DNA of 64,000 bases from Mobula hypostoma. Its lineage: Eukaryota. The notes beneath the pieces were generated by a model. That model was not told the origin of the DNA and searched no databases. It saw nothing but the letters and a program-made list of their open reading frames with translations. Below, piece by piece: positions 37,507 to 51,400 of the stretch (position 1 is the stretch's first letter; the number at the start of each line of letters is the position of its first letter). Made by a program: the position numbers and the translations under genes. The DNA is taken from contig NC_086097.1 of the NCBI RefSeq assembly GCF_963921235.1, positions 100,814,001 to 100,878,000 of the forward strand, written 5' to 3'.

Positions 37507-39336
37507 AAGGAAAAGACTGATAAAGACAAATGTAGGTCCCCTGCAAACAGAAACAGGTGAATTGATTATGGGGAGCAAGGACATGGCAGACCAATTGAAT
37601 AATTACTTTGGTTCTGTCTTCACTAAGGAGGACATAAATAATCTTCCAGAAATAGTAAGGGACAGAGGGTCCAGTGAGATGGAGGAACTGAGCGAAATAC
37701 ATGTTAGTAGGGAAGTGGTGTTAGGTAAATTGAAGGGATTGAAGGCAGATAAATCCCCAGGGCCAGATGGTCTGCATCCCAGAGTGCTTAAGGAAGTGGC
37801 CCAAGAAATAGTGGATGCATTAGTGATAATTTTTCAAAACTCGTTAGATTCTGGACTAGTTCCTGAGGATTGGAGGGTGGCTAATGTAACCCCACTTTTT
37901 AAAAAAGGAGGGAGAGAGAAACCGGGGAATTATAGGCCGGTTAGCCTAACGTTGGTGGTGGGGAAACTGCTGGAGTCAGTTATCAAGGATGTGATAACAG
38001 CACATTTGGAAAGCGGTGAAATGATCGGACAAAGTCAGCATGGATTTGTGAAAGGAAAATCATGTCTGACGAATCTCATAGAATTTTTTGAGGATGTAAC
38101 TAGTAGAGTGGATAGGGGAGAACCAGTGGATGTGGTATATTTGGATTTTCAAAAGGCTTTTGACAAGGTCCCACACAGGAGATTAGTGTGCAAACTTAAA
38201 GCACATGGTATTGGGGGTAAGGTATTGGTGTGGGTGGAGAATTGGTTAGCAGACAGGAAGCAAAGTGTGGGAATAAACGGGACCTTTTCAGAATGGCAGG
38301 CGGTGACTAGTGGGGTACCGCAAGGCTCAGTGCTGGGACCCCAGTTGTTTACAATATATATTAATGACTTGGATGAGGGAATTAAATGCAGCATCTCCAA
38401 GTTTGCGGATGACACGAAGCTGGGTGGCAGTGTTAGCAGTGAGGAGGATGCTAAGAGGATGCAGGGTGACTTGGATAGGTTGGGTGAGTGGGCAAACTCA
38501 TGGCAGATGCAATTTAATGTGGATAAATGTGAAGTTATCCACTTTGGTGGCAAAAATAGGAAAACAGATTATTATCTGAATGGTGGCCGATTAGGAAAAG
38601 GGGAGGTGCAACGAGACCTGGGTGTCATTATACACCAGTCATTGAAAGTGGGCATGCAGGTACAGCAGGCGGTGAAAAAGGCGAACGGTATGCTGGCATT
38701 TATAGCGAGAGGATTCGAGTACAGGAGCAGGGAGGTACTACTGCAGTTGTACAAGGCCTTGGTGAGACCACACCTGGAGTATTGTGTGCAGTTTTGGTCC
38801 CCTAATCTGAGGAAAGACATCCTTGCCATAGAGGGAGTACAAAGAAGGTTCACCAGATTGATTCCTGGGATGGCAGGTCTTTCATATGAAGAAAGACTGG
38901 ATGAACTGGGCTTGTACTCGTTGGAATTTAGAAGATTGAGGGGGGATCTGATTGAAACGTATAAGATCCTAAAGGGATTGGACAGGCTAGATGCGGGAAG
39001 ATTGTTCCCGATGTTGGGGAGGTCTAGAACGAGGGGTCACAGTTTGAGGATAGAGGGGAAGCCTTTTAGGACCGAGGTTAGGAAAAACTTCTTCACACAG
39101 AGAGTGGTGAATCTGTGGAATTCTCTGCCACAGCAAACTGTTGAGGCCAGTTCATTAGCTATGTTTAAAAGGAAGTTAGATATGGCCCTTGTGGCTACAG
39201 GGGTCACGGGGTATGGAGGGAAGGCTGGGTTCTGAGTTGGATGATCAGCCATGATCATAATAAATGGCGGTGCAGGCTCGAAGGGCCGAATGGCCTACTC
39301 CTGCACCTATTTTCTATGTTTCTATGTTTCTATGTT
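37507..39336 (+). mobile_element. Young 5'-truncated CR1 (RT only), near-identical to 14614-16442, inserted in a Rex-type tail
   Basis: ORF 37490-39235 differs from the 999-aa ORF at only about 6 residues over ~575; same 3' UTR and (TTTCTATG)3 tail. Confidence 0.97.
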
Positions 39337-40189
39337 ATTGGATTTATTGAGTATGCTCACAAGAAAATGAATCTCGGGGTGGTATATGGTGACATATATG
39401 TAATTTGAACTTTTTTTGTTTGAATTCTGCTCTTTCTCTTAAAGTGTGTGCAATTCAGGTTTAATTTATGCTTTGCTTCTGAATGCTGTTCATATGATGT
39501 TATGTGTTTGTGATGCTGCAAGTGGGCTTTTCATCGCACCTGTACGTAAGGCAATAAACTCAGCTTTGAATTTAAAAAGATAAATATCAGTTTGAGAATT
39601 CACTCAATGATAATTAATGTTGCACTTCCTCAAACCTTGTACTTGGATATTAATTTGGGTTTTATGTACTGGCATTCTGCAGTAAATTTTAATCCAATGA
39701 ACAAGATGTACGATGGCAGCTTGCCATCTTCTTCTCAGGGACATTTAGGAATGGGCAGCAAGTGCTAATATACAGTACATATATCAGAAATTACATCCCA
39801 CAAATGAATAGATAAAGCAACATTTATTTATGGCATACAGCAGTTTACTTAAAACATGCAACAGTTAACATTTCAGGTTCATAACCTTTCATAAGAAAGA
39901 GAAACAATTAAAACTGCAGAGAAAGGAAAAAAAGAAGGGAAGGAAGAAACAAGAAAAATAATGAGAAGGTGGGAGACACTAAAGATCAATCACTGCAATC
40001 TGCAACATGTAATTTCACTTTGAGCAATGTACTTTTAAATCAACTTAATGATCTACAGATTTCACGACATTATAAGGGACTCAGTGACTTAACTCTCAAG
40101 CAAGCAGGAATAGTACCTATAAGCAGACAAAGGTTTATTGTCATGGCTGGAAGCAAGGCAGGAGGGGGAACTCTAAGCCAGGCTGAAAC

Positions 40190-41710
40190 ATAGAGGAAGG
40201 AGACCCCCACTGCCCAGCATCTTGTTAGCAGATATGCAGTTGCTGGAGAACAAAATTAAGAACCTGAGGGGAAGATTGCTGCATCGAAGAGAAATGAGAA
40301 ATTGTTATGTTCTATGTTTGACTGAGACATTGCTTAATGCCAGATACGAGAATCAAACACGAAGGCTTCTCAATTCACAGGATGGAACAAACTGCTGATT
40401 CCGAAAAAGCAAAATGGAGGTATGTATTTCATGATAAACTCTTAGTGGTGCTCTGATGTGGCAGCTTTGTTAAACTCATATCCCCCTGACCTTGAACACC
40501 TAACGGCCAAATGCTGTCTGTTCTATTTACCTTGGGAGTTCTCCTCCATAATCCTGACTACAGTTGATATACCACCAAAGGCTGACTGTAATCAAGTGCT
40601 TAAAATACTGCATGATGCCATCTTTAAACAAGAAACAGTCCATCTCAACACATTTCAAATCATAGTCGGAGACTTCAACTTGGCTTGTTTGAAGAAAACT
40701 CTGCCCAATTAGCACAAGCCTATAACTTGTAGCACTGGAGGTCCCAATATATTAGACATTTGTTATACTGAGATAAAGAATGTCTATCGTTCCATGCCCA
40801 GACTGCATTTCAGGAAGTCTGATCACTTAGCTGCATACAGGCGGAGGCTAAAGACTAAAGGTCCAGAGGTGACGTCAACAAAGAGGTGGCCATGGGAGGC
40901 AGAAGAGAAGAGCAGCTACAGGATTGCTTCAAATTAGTGCACTGGGCTGTGTTTAATGACTCATCTGTAGATCTGAATAAATATAACTGTGTGGCTAAGC
41001 AAAGCTCCAACGCCATATTCAAGTTTGCTGACAACACCACTGTCACTAGCTAAATTAGAGGTTATGATGAATCAGAATATAGAGGGAGACTTGAAAATCT
41101 GGCTGAGTGGTGCCATAGCAACAGCCTCTTACTAAAGTTAGCACGAGCAAGGAGCTGATTATTGACTTCAGGAGAAGGAAACCAGAGATCCCTGAGCCAG
41201 TCCTCATTGGAGGATCAGAGGTGGAGAGGGTCAGCAACTTTAAACTCTTTGGCATTATCATTTCAGAGGACCTGTCCTGGGCCCAGCATGTAAGTGCAAA
41301 TATGAAGAAAACACAGCAATGCCTCTACTTCCTTAGGAGTTTGCAAAGATTTGGCATGACATCTAAAATTTTGACAAACTCCTACAGATGTGTAGTGGAG
41401 TGCATATTGACTGGCTGTATCACAGCCTGGTATGGAAACATCAATGCCCTTGAATGGAAAATCCTACAAAAAGTAGTGGAAACAGCCCAGTCCATCACAG
41501 GCAAACCCTGCCAACCACTGAGCACATCTACATGAAGAGTTGTCACAGGAAAGCAGCATCCATTACTGGGGACCCACCTGGACCACCACCATCCAGGCCA
41601 TACTCCTTTCATGCTGTTACCATCAGGAAGAAGGTACAGGATCCCCAGGACTCTCACCACCACATTCAGGAACAGTTATTACCCCTCAGCAATCAAGCTC
41701 TCAACACTGT
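40190..41710 (+). mobile_element. Rex1/Babar-type LINE, endonuclease joined to post-RT region
   Basis: CLTET, FYLPWEF, IPP, VGDFN, KSDH, then KFADN and ERVSNFKLFGIIISEDLSW. Confidence 0.8.
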
Positions 41711-43034
41711 ACATACCTACATTACACACTGCTTTGAATTTGGCACAAATCAAAAACATTCAATCCTATAACTTAAGTTACTGTATGAAAATTGATAAAA
41801 TTCTACATTATCCATAATAAAGTTCCAAATTTTTACAGAATAGAAAAAAATGGCCATAATTTCCAAAGGAATAAATGTCTTGACATTTCTATCTTTTGTG
41901 GAAGCTCCAGTTAGCAACATTAAAATATTGCCAACTGGTTGTGCATATACCTCGAGAAGGCCTTAGGATCTTATGACAAGGAACTGAAAAAATCTGAAAA
42001 GCAGCTCTAAGCAGAAAACCAAAGAGGTGAATAAAGAATTACGTGGATGAAGTAGCAGAAACAGTCCTCTACATCAGAACAAGACTGCTGTTGCTCTGGG
42101 CCTTTTGCTAATCTAACTGACTGTTAGCCAGGCTGGCCTCAGACTCCTGCCACTGCATGTGCCCACAGATGTAAAGCTGTAGCGGTGTGGTATGAGGACC
42201 CAACTGAGGATTGTCTCTGCTCCGTCAGCTGCAAGGAACTATCCTAATATCTAGACTCTGTCACTTTCACAGGGTTTCTCATCAGCTGCACTGGCATATC
42301 TTCTGTGGAGAAGCATGATCAGCTGGTTCACAAGCTGCCAAATAAAGAACAGTACAACAGCCCTCTCTTTTCACAGCCACTGAATGACTAGCAAGTCTGT
42401 GTTATTATTGATTTAAATCAAGCCATCAGCACATTGTGCTTTCCAAAATGTTATTAATTGCCTGTACACCAGACTACATAAAGTTTTACTGCATACATTA
42501 CTTTATCCATAAGTCTATACTTTACAATTTCATGGTATACATCGCCCATTATAGCAAACTGTGGAAATAGAGTTCCATGAAAGATCTTACAAATAAATCA
42601 TTGGGGACTTATCCCTGAAAAGGAGTGTAATGCAGTACTAACCTAAGCCTATTACGTATAAGGCAATCTGCTCATTATGATTGCTGGGTGCAACTCAGCT
42701 TCCCCATTCATATCTCAGCAGTCAATTCTCAGCAAGAAGCTGATGGTAAAATACACAGCTTTTAGCCATCTCGGTACAAAACTGTTCGAAGACCTCAAAT
42801 TGGCACAAAACTTAATCTATTAGGCAGCAGTGATCCCACCTTCTTGTTGTCCCTCAGATATGAAATAGCTAAGGTAACCATCTCAAAGTACTAGGAAGGT
42901 ATCTCCTTAATTGGTCATTGTAAACTGACCCACGATTAGGCTAGGATTAAACAGGAAGATTATTGGGTGGCGTGGCTCAAAGGGGCTGAAAGCCCTACTT
43001 CCGGCTGTATCTCAATAAATAAATAAATGCACGT

Positions 43035-45400
43035 GTGCATCAGGAATTAGGTGTGTTTGTGATGGTTCATCAAGATAGATGAAGGAGTCAACTACTTCTA
43101 GAGTTTGACCATCGATGATGATGGATGAGAGGGAGTCAGTGTCCCGGGCAATGGCATTAGTCATCCCAAACCGCTTGCAGCCATGGGATATGTGGATGAT
43201 CAGATGCTGTAGTTGGCCTTCTGTGTGGGTAGTCAGTACTGGGTCGTCAGTGAACAACAACTCATGGATGCAGACCTCGCGATTCTTGGTCTTGGAGCAA
43301 AGGCAAGCAATGTTAAAGAGTTTGCTGTCAGCTCTGGCAGGTAGCTAGATACTCTCGACACTTTCTCCAAAAGCATACTGAAACAGCAAGAACAAGGTGC
43401 CGAAGAGGGTCGGTGTCAGAACGCAGCATTGCTTTACACCGTTTCTCTCTGGAAAGGCTTCTGAAGTTGCGCTATTAAAGCAGACAGTACTGTGCATGCC
43501 TTCATGGAAGGAAGTGATCATGCCCTGTAGTTTTGGAAGACAGCCTATCTTCTACAGCAATCTGAAGAACCCAATTCTGCTGACCAGGTCAAACACCTTT
43601 GTCAAGTCAATGAATGTGATGAAGAGTGTTTTCTGTTGTCTCGACATTTCTCTTGTTGCTGGCATAGTGAGAAGATCCACAGTTGATCTGCCTGCTCTAA
43701 AACCACACTGTGAGTCTGGGTAGACACACTGAGCAAGATCCTGCAGCCAAGCCAAAACAACTCAGGTAAAGGCCTTTCCCATGTTGCTGAGGAGGGAGAT
43801 GTCGCAGTAGTTGTTAAGCCACTGTGATTGGCCTTGTATTTGTACAAGGTGACAATGTTGGCATCTTGCATATATTGTGGAATGTAGCCTTTCTCCCAGC
43901 AGAAACAGAGGAACTTAAGCAGATGGTGTAGCAATGCTGGTTTGCCACTCTTCAAAACTTCTAGAGGGATACTATCATTTCCAGGGGTCTTCCCATAAGC
44001 GAAATAGTCAATGGCTTTGTTGAGCTCTTCCGGTGTGGAGTGCATCTAGCTCCTCCATGACTGGTAGATCTGGGATGGCCTCGAGTGCAGCGCTTGTAAC
44101 CCTACGTTGTGTTCAACCCAGCAGTGAAGCTGCTTGCCTTGATCAGATATGACTTCTCCAGTCTTAGGCTTCAGAAGGGCAATCTTGGTGACAGAGGGAC
44201 CTGTGGATTCCTTGATGACTTCATATATGGCTTACACATCCCCTGTGTCTACAGCAGTCTGGATACAGGTTCAGCCAGCAGATGTTGGTGTGGCGGCAAG
44301 CAACTTTCTAGACCTTGTTTCTCAGGGTGCTGGTGTTGGGATAATTCTTATAGGTAAGGAGGGCTTTTCTTTTGGCTTCAGTCACTGGTTCCATTTCTTC
44401 CCAGCTTTCCTCATACCAGTCTGCTTATATGTGTTCTCTCTTACTGAACCATATGCTTTTGATTGAATTGTTGTCATAGGTGGAGATTGACACAGTATCT
44501 TCAGAGAAGTCAGTGAACTTTTGCATTTGTTTGGCACCGAATGCACAACAAACGTTGATGCATGGTCAACACTTTCTCTTAGAGTGGTGCAGCTTTTTAG
44601 GTGCAATCCTCACTTTGCTGACTACCAGGGAGTGAGAGTGGTCAGTGTCACAGTCTGCACTGTGATAGCTGAAGGTGATAAAGACACTTCTGAAATCTGC
44701 ATGCCTGGTGATGACCAGGACTAGCTGATGCCAATGGTGAGATCATTGGTGTTTCCATGAGACTTTGTGAAGCTCCTTGCATTAGAAATATATGTTGTTC
44801 ATGCACAGTCCATGGTAACAGCACAGCTTTAGCAGACTCTACCCATTTTTGTTCATCTTACCCACTCCATATGGGCCCAAACAGCTGGGCCAGGCTTTGC
44901 CAGTCGAGAATTGAAGTTTCCCAACAGGTAGAACCCTTCAGTGCTAGGCATCTTGGATAATGCTTTATGCAGCGCCCCTTAGAAAAGATCTTTATCTTTG
45001 GGGGTGGCGCCAAGAGTGGAGGCATAGATGCTGATGAAGTTGACTAGGACAGATGATGCTGACAGGCAGAGAGGGAGGATTCTGTCTGTTCACCCCAATG
45101 GGAGCTCAACAGCTGCGGCAAGTGTATTCCTTACCGCAAAGCAGACACCATAGTCTTGGCTCTCCCGAGACTTCCCTTGACAAAAGAAGGTGTAGTTCAA
45201 CCCTCCATAGAGCTGCTGTCTGCCAAATGAGTCTCCTGAAGGCAGACGACCTCAGTATTCAGTCTGCAGAGTTCTCTATGATGGCAGTCATACATGCTTC
45301 ATAGGCTATTGGGTGTCATTAATGAGCCCAGGACACATGGTCCTGACATTCCAGCTTGCTATGTGAAGGGCAGGAGCCTTCTTGGTTCCTCTAAGTTTGC
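43035..45400 (-). mobile_element. RTE-clade LINE of a second family, decayed
   Basis: IASWNVRTMCPG, GKTPGNDSIP.EVLK, YPDSQCGFRAGRSTVD, FIDLTKVFDLV, LFTDD. Confidence 0.85.
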
Positions 45401-45406
45401 TTGGTC

Positions 45407-48400
45407 CACATCCTTTCTTAAACAAGGGGCCCAAAATTACTCACAATACTCCAAATGAGGACTCACCAGTGTTTTTAAGGCTTCAACATTACACTCTTTA
45501 TATTCTAGTCCTCTAAAAATGAATGCTAACATTGCATTTGCCTTCCTCACCATTGACTCAACCTGCAAATTAACCTTTAAGGAATCCTGCACAAGGACTC
45601 CCAAGTCCTTTTGACTATAGACTTTTGAATTTTCTCACTATTTAGAAAATAGTCTATGCTTTTATTTCTTCTACCAAACTGCATGACTACACACTTTCCA
45701 ACACACTGTACTCTACCTGCCACTTCTTTGATCATTCTCCTAGTCTGTCAAAATCCTTCTGTAGTCTCTGTTATTCCTCAACACTGTCTATCCCTCCAGA
45801 TAACTTCTTATCATCTCTAAACTTGGCCACAAAACCACCAATTCCATCATCCAAATCATTAGCATATAACATAAAAAGAAGAGGTTCCAACGCAGACCTC
45901 TGCAGAATATCACTAGAAACCAGCAACCAACCAGAAAGGCTCCCTTTATTCCCACTCTTTGCCTCCTGCCAATCAGCCAATGTTTTATCCATGCTAGTAT
46001 TTTTCCAGTAATACCATGGGCTCTTAACTTGTTAAATAGCCTCATGTGTGGCAGTTTAGCAAAGGCCTTCTGAAAAACCAAGTACACATCCTCCAATTCT
46101 CCTTGTCTACTCTGCTTGTTATTTCTTCAAAGAATTCCAATAGATTTGTCAGGCAGGATTTTCCCTTAAGGAAACCATGCTGACTTTGGCCTATTTTATC
46201 ATGCGCCTCCAAGTACTCTGAAATCTCAATCTTAACAATCGATTCCAACATCTTCCCAACCACTGAAGTCGGACTCATTGGCGTATAATTTCCTTTCTTC
46301 TGCCTCTCTCCCTTCTTAAAGCATGGAGTGACATTTGCAATTTTCCTGTCTTCCAGAACCATGCCAGAATCCAGTGATTCTTGAAAGATCATTACTCATG
46401 TTTCCACAATCTCTTCAGCCCCTCTTTCAGAACCCTGAGGTGTACACCATCTGGTCCAGGTGACTTATCTACCTTCAGATCTTTCAGTTTCCCAAGCAAC
46501 TTCTCACTAGTAATGGCAACTTTACTCTCTTCTTCCCCCTTAAAAACTCGAACTTCTGGCATACTGTTAGTGCCTTCCACAGTGAAGACTGACGCAAAAT
46601 ATTTATTCAGTTCTTCCACTATTTCCTTTGTCCCCATTACTACCTCTCCAGCATCATTTTCCAGTGGTTCAATATCTACTCTCACCTCCCTTTTACACTT
46701 TATGTATCTGAAGAAACTTTTGGTATCTTCTTTAATATTATTTGGTAGCTTACTTTCGTATTCCATCTTTTCCTTCTTAGTGTTTTTTTTTAGTTGTTTT
46801 CTGTTGGTTTTTAAAAGCTTCCCAATCCTCTAATTTACAACAAATTTTTGCTCTGTATATGCAGTCTCTTTGGCTTTTAGGTTGATTTTGGTTTTCTTGT
46901 CAGCCATGGTTGCATCATTCTGCCTTTAGAATACTACTTCCTGGGGATTTTCCTGGTGGTAACTGATGGAGTAACAACAATCTGCCATTGGTCCAACCTT
47001 AATTATCTTACTATTTCCAACCTATCTTAAAACTTCTTTTTTAAGTGTGATATTCTTTCATTATGACTGGAAGGAGTGCCAGAAGTACTAAGAAGGATGA
47101 TCTCCCTGCTTCTTTGGATTCTATTATGGATTTGCTGCAAAGTCATACACGAGAGGCCTCTGTGAAGTTTCAACAATTCAGCTCTGCATTTAAACAAATA
47201 GATGGTAAATTAGATTCTATTCAACCAACTCTTAATGAACATGATAAACGTATAAAAATAATGAAGCAATTTTGTCGTCTCTAGAAATGGAAGTGGATGA
47301 ATTGCAAAAGCTTTGTGAAAAGCAATCGAAGTCCAACGAAAAGTTGAGACAGAAGATGATCAACCTAGAAAATAGAAATAGAAGAAACAACCTATGGGTT
47401 CTGGGCCTCGAAGAATTAATCGAAGGTAATCATCCTATGGAATTTTTTGAAAACATTTTGCAAGAATTATTTCCAGAAATTTTGACGTCTTTGCCTATGA
47501 TTGATCAAGTTCACAGACCTCCCGTATTTAGACCTAAGCGAGATAGACCAAGATCAGTAATAATCTGTTTCCATGAATTTAAAACAAAGGAACCGTTAAT
47601 TCGCGAATCTCGTTGAAGAGGCATGATTGACTATAATGGTCGTAAGATTAGAATTGTCGAAGGTTACTCGCCTGAGGTTATACAGGAATGTGCTAAATTC
47701 AAAGAAGTTATGTCTGTGTTTTTTAACAAGGGTTTCAAGCCTTCCTTTCGTTACCCAGCCCGACTCAGAATCACACTTAAAAATGGTTCTTTCAAATGGT
47801 TTCGTTTGACTGTTGAAGCACAAAGGTTTTTAAAATCTGAAGGCTAGCTGTTTAATTTGTCTTTACATGAGGACACAAGATTAAATGAGAGACTTTAAAT
47901 TCGCAGATCCCGTCGAAGGGGCATGATTGGTTATAGGTTGGAATATTAAAATTTTCGAAGATTATTCATTTGAAGTTATGCAGGAACATGCTAAGTTTAA
48001 ACAAGCTTTGTTGGATTTTTTTTTAACAATGGTTTCAAGCTATCCCCTGGCTACTCAGTTTGACTGAGAATCTCGTTAAAGATGGATCCTTCAAATGGTT
48101 TCATTTGAATGCTGAAGCACAAAGACTTTTTAAATTTGAAGGCTAACTGCTTAGTCTGTTTTTTCATGAAGATACAAGATTAATGTTTAATGTCCTTCTA
48201 TATGAATAATTGCATCTTTTACTTTTGGTAAACCTTTGTAACTAATTTCCTTTGTATTTTTAATACTGTATTTTTGTATATAAGAATTGAATTTCTTGTT
48301 TGGATATTGTTTTGTCTAGGTTGGAATAGAAATAACCTTGAAACTAATTGGAGCGATCACCAGGTTTTTTGGGGGGTTGTCCATAGTTGTAGATGCCAGC

Positions 48401-51400
48401 TTTCTATTGGTTGGCCTTCTTTCTTTGGGAGGTGGGCGGGGGTATGTTTTTTTTTTCTCAGAAGCTGTTTTCGAATTTTTAACCAACTTGTTGCTTGGTT
48501 ACCATTTCTCAAGGTTTATGGGTTGGTTTTAACTTACATTTTAACCCTTCCTTTAAATAATATTAAAAATGGACCAAACTATTAACTTACTCAGTTTTAA
48601 CGTGAAAGGGTTAAGTCACCCTGTTAAACGTAATAAGATTTTTGCTTATATTAATAAATTTAAAGACCCTATTATTTTCTTACAAGAAACTCACATAGGC
48701 AAATGTGATAATTTACGTTCTTTTAGCCGTTGGAATGGACTTTGTTTTCATTCTTCTTTTCAGGCCAAATCTAGAGGAGTTTCGATTCTTATAGATAATA
48801 CACTTTCCTTTGTCCAACATAAAGTAGCGTCGGATACCAATGGATGTTTTGTTATAGTTTCAGGAAAAGTAGATAATAAATTAATAGTATTTGCCAATGT
48901 GTATGCCCCAAATGTAGATGATCCAGGATTCTTTGAGCGTTTCTTTTTTCGTTTTTACCAGATTTGAGTCTCTATTCTCTGGTGATGGGAGGAGATTTTA
49001 ACTATTGGCTAAACCCAATGTTAGATCGATCATCTTCTAAACCAGTGTCCCTTAATAAATCAGCTTTGTTTATTCAATCTTTTTTTATTCAAGTGTGGTA
49101 TTGTTGATGTTTGGCGTTTTTTACATCCTTTAGATAGGGAGTAGTCATTTTTTTCCTATGTCCATCGTACATGTTCCAGGATTGATTTTTTTTATCGATA
49201 GTCAAATGATTTCATCAGTTCATTCCTGTGTATATAAAGAGATTGCTGTTTCAGATCCTGCCCCTGTATTTCTATCTTTAAATCTCCCTGGTCTTCCTCA
49301 AACAAACAGATTTTAGCATTTTAATACAACTTTGTTATCTGGTAAGGAATTTTTAAAATTTCTAGAGAGGCATATTATTCTGTTTTTTGAATAGAATAAA
49401 AAGGAACAGACTTCTAATCTTACTGTATGGGATACTTTCAAGGCCTGTATTAGAGGACAAATTATTTCTTACACTGCGAGTGTTAAGAATAAAGCTAATA
49501 AAGAAAGAACTGAATTAGCCAATCAATTGAAACAATTAGATCAAAAATATGCTGTAGCTCCAGATCCTGTTTTATATAAAAGACGTGTCGAAGTTAAAAC
49601 TAAATATGATCTTCTGTTAACATATCCAATTGAAACTGAACTTCTTAAAGATAAAACTCAATTTTACATTCATGGAGATAAATCAGGCAAAGTATTGGCC
49701 AACCAATTAAAAACTTCTGTAGTTAAATGACAAATTAAAGAAATTTGTAAAACTAATGGTGATAGGACAACTGATCACTCTGAAATAAATGATACCTTTA
49801 GAGAATTCTATTCTAAACTTTATAGTTCTGATTTCCCTAAAGATAGTACTGTGGTGAATAATTTCTTGATCAATTAAATATCCCTGCACTTTCTGCAGAT
49901 AATTGCAAACCGATGGATCAACCCATTTCTTATGAGGAAATTGCCGAGGCTATATGTTCATTACACTCGGGGAAGGCTCCGGGTCCAGATGGATTTTCTG
50001 GAGAATTTTATAAGGCTTTTTCCTCATTAATTATATCGCAGTTACACTTAGTCTTTCTGGATTCTTTCAAATTGGATAGCTTGCCTCAATCTTTCTATGA
50101 AGCTTTTATTTTGCTTATCCTCGAAAAAGAACAAGGACCCAACTGAATGCTCTACATATAGACCAATTTCATACTCAATGTTGATACTAAAATCCTTTCT
50201 AAAGTTCTGGCTCGTAGGATTGAAAATATTTTACCTTCTATTATCTCTGATGATCAGACTGGATTTATTAAAAACTGACATTCGCATTTTAATATACGCC
50301 GTGTATTAAATATTATTTACTCTCCTTCTCAGGAGATATCAGAATGTGTGATATCCTTAGATGCTGAGAAGGCCTTCGATCGGGTTGAATGGAATTATTT
50401 ATTTAAAACCTTAGAAAAATTTAATTTTGGACCAGATTTTATTCCATGGATTAAATTACTTTATTTATCTCCTTCTGCTCGGGTTCTTACTAATTTTCAA
50501 AATTCCAAACCATTTAAACTTCACCGCGGAACTAGACAAGGCTGTCAGTGGAGTTCTTTGCTCTTTGATCTAGCTTTAAAACCCCTAGCCATTGCTTTTC
50601 GAGAATCTAATGATATCCGTGGTATTTTAAGGCGAGGTATTACTCACAAAATCTCTCTTTACGCTGATGATATATTGTTTTTTATCTCTAATGTTGAGAC
50701 CTTGTTACCTTGCATACTTTCTTTACTCTCCAGTTTCAGCCAGTTTTCAGGATATAAATTGATCCTACATAAGAGTGAATTATTTCCTTCAAATAATTTG
50801 GTATCAATTAATACTAATCTCCCTTTTAAAATTGTTAGGAATCAATTTACTTATTTGGGTGAAAGAGTCACTAAGAATTACAAACACCTGTTTAAAGAAA
50901 ACTTTCTTACTTTATTGAACCATGTAAAAAGGATATCATTAAATTGGTCAACTTTTTCAATATCATTGATTGGACAAATTAATTCTATTAAAATGAATAT
51001 TCTACCTAAATTTATATATCTTTTTCAGGCTTTACCCGTTTTTATTCCTAAATCCTTTTTTTGACTCTCTTGATCCTATTTTGTCCTCTTATATGTGGAA
51101 AAATAAACGTCCTTGATTAAATAAAGTTCATCTCCAAATATCTAAAAAGTCTGGAGGTTCAGCCTTACCCAATTTTAAGTTTTATTACTGGGCAGTTAAT
51201 ATACAATATCTTACGTTTTGGCTGTATTATATTAATCGTGTACACTGTCCGGTATGGGTTTCTTTAGAAACTAACTCTGTTAATAAATTATCTATTATTT
51301 CTCTTCTTGGATTCTCACTTCCTTTATCTGTAAGTAAACTAACTGATAATTTAATAGTTAACCATACTCTGAGGATTTGGATACAATTTAGAAACATTGA

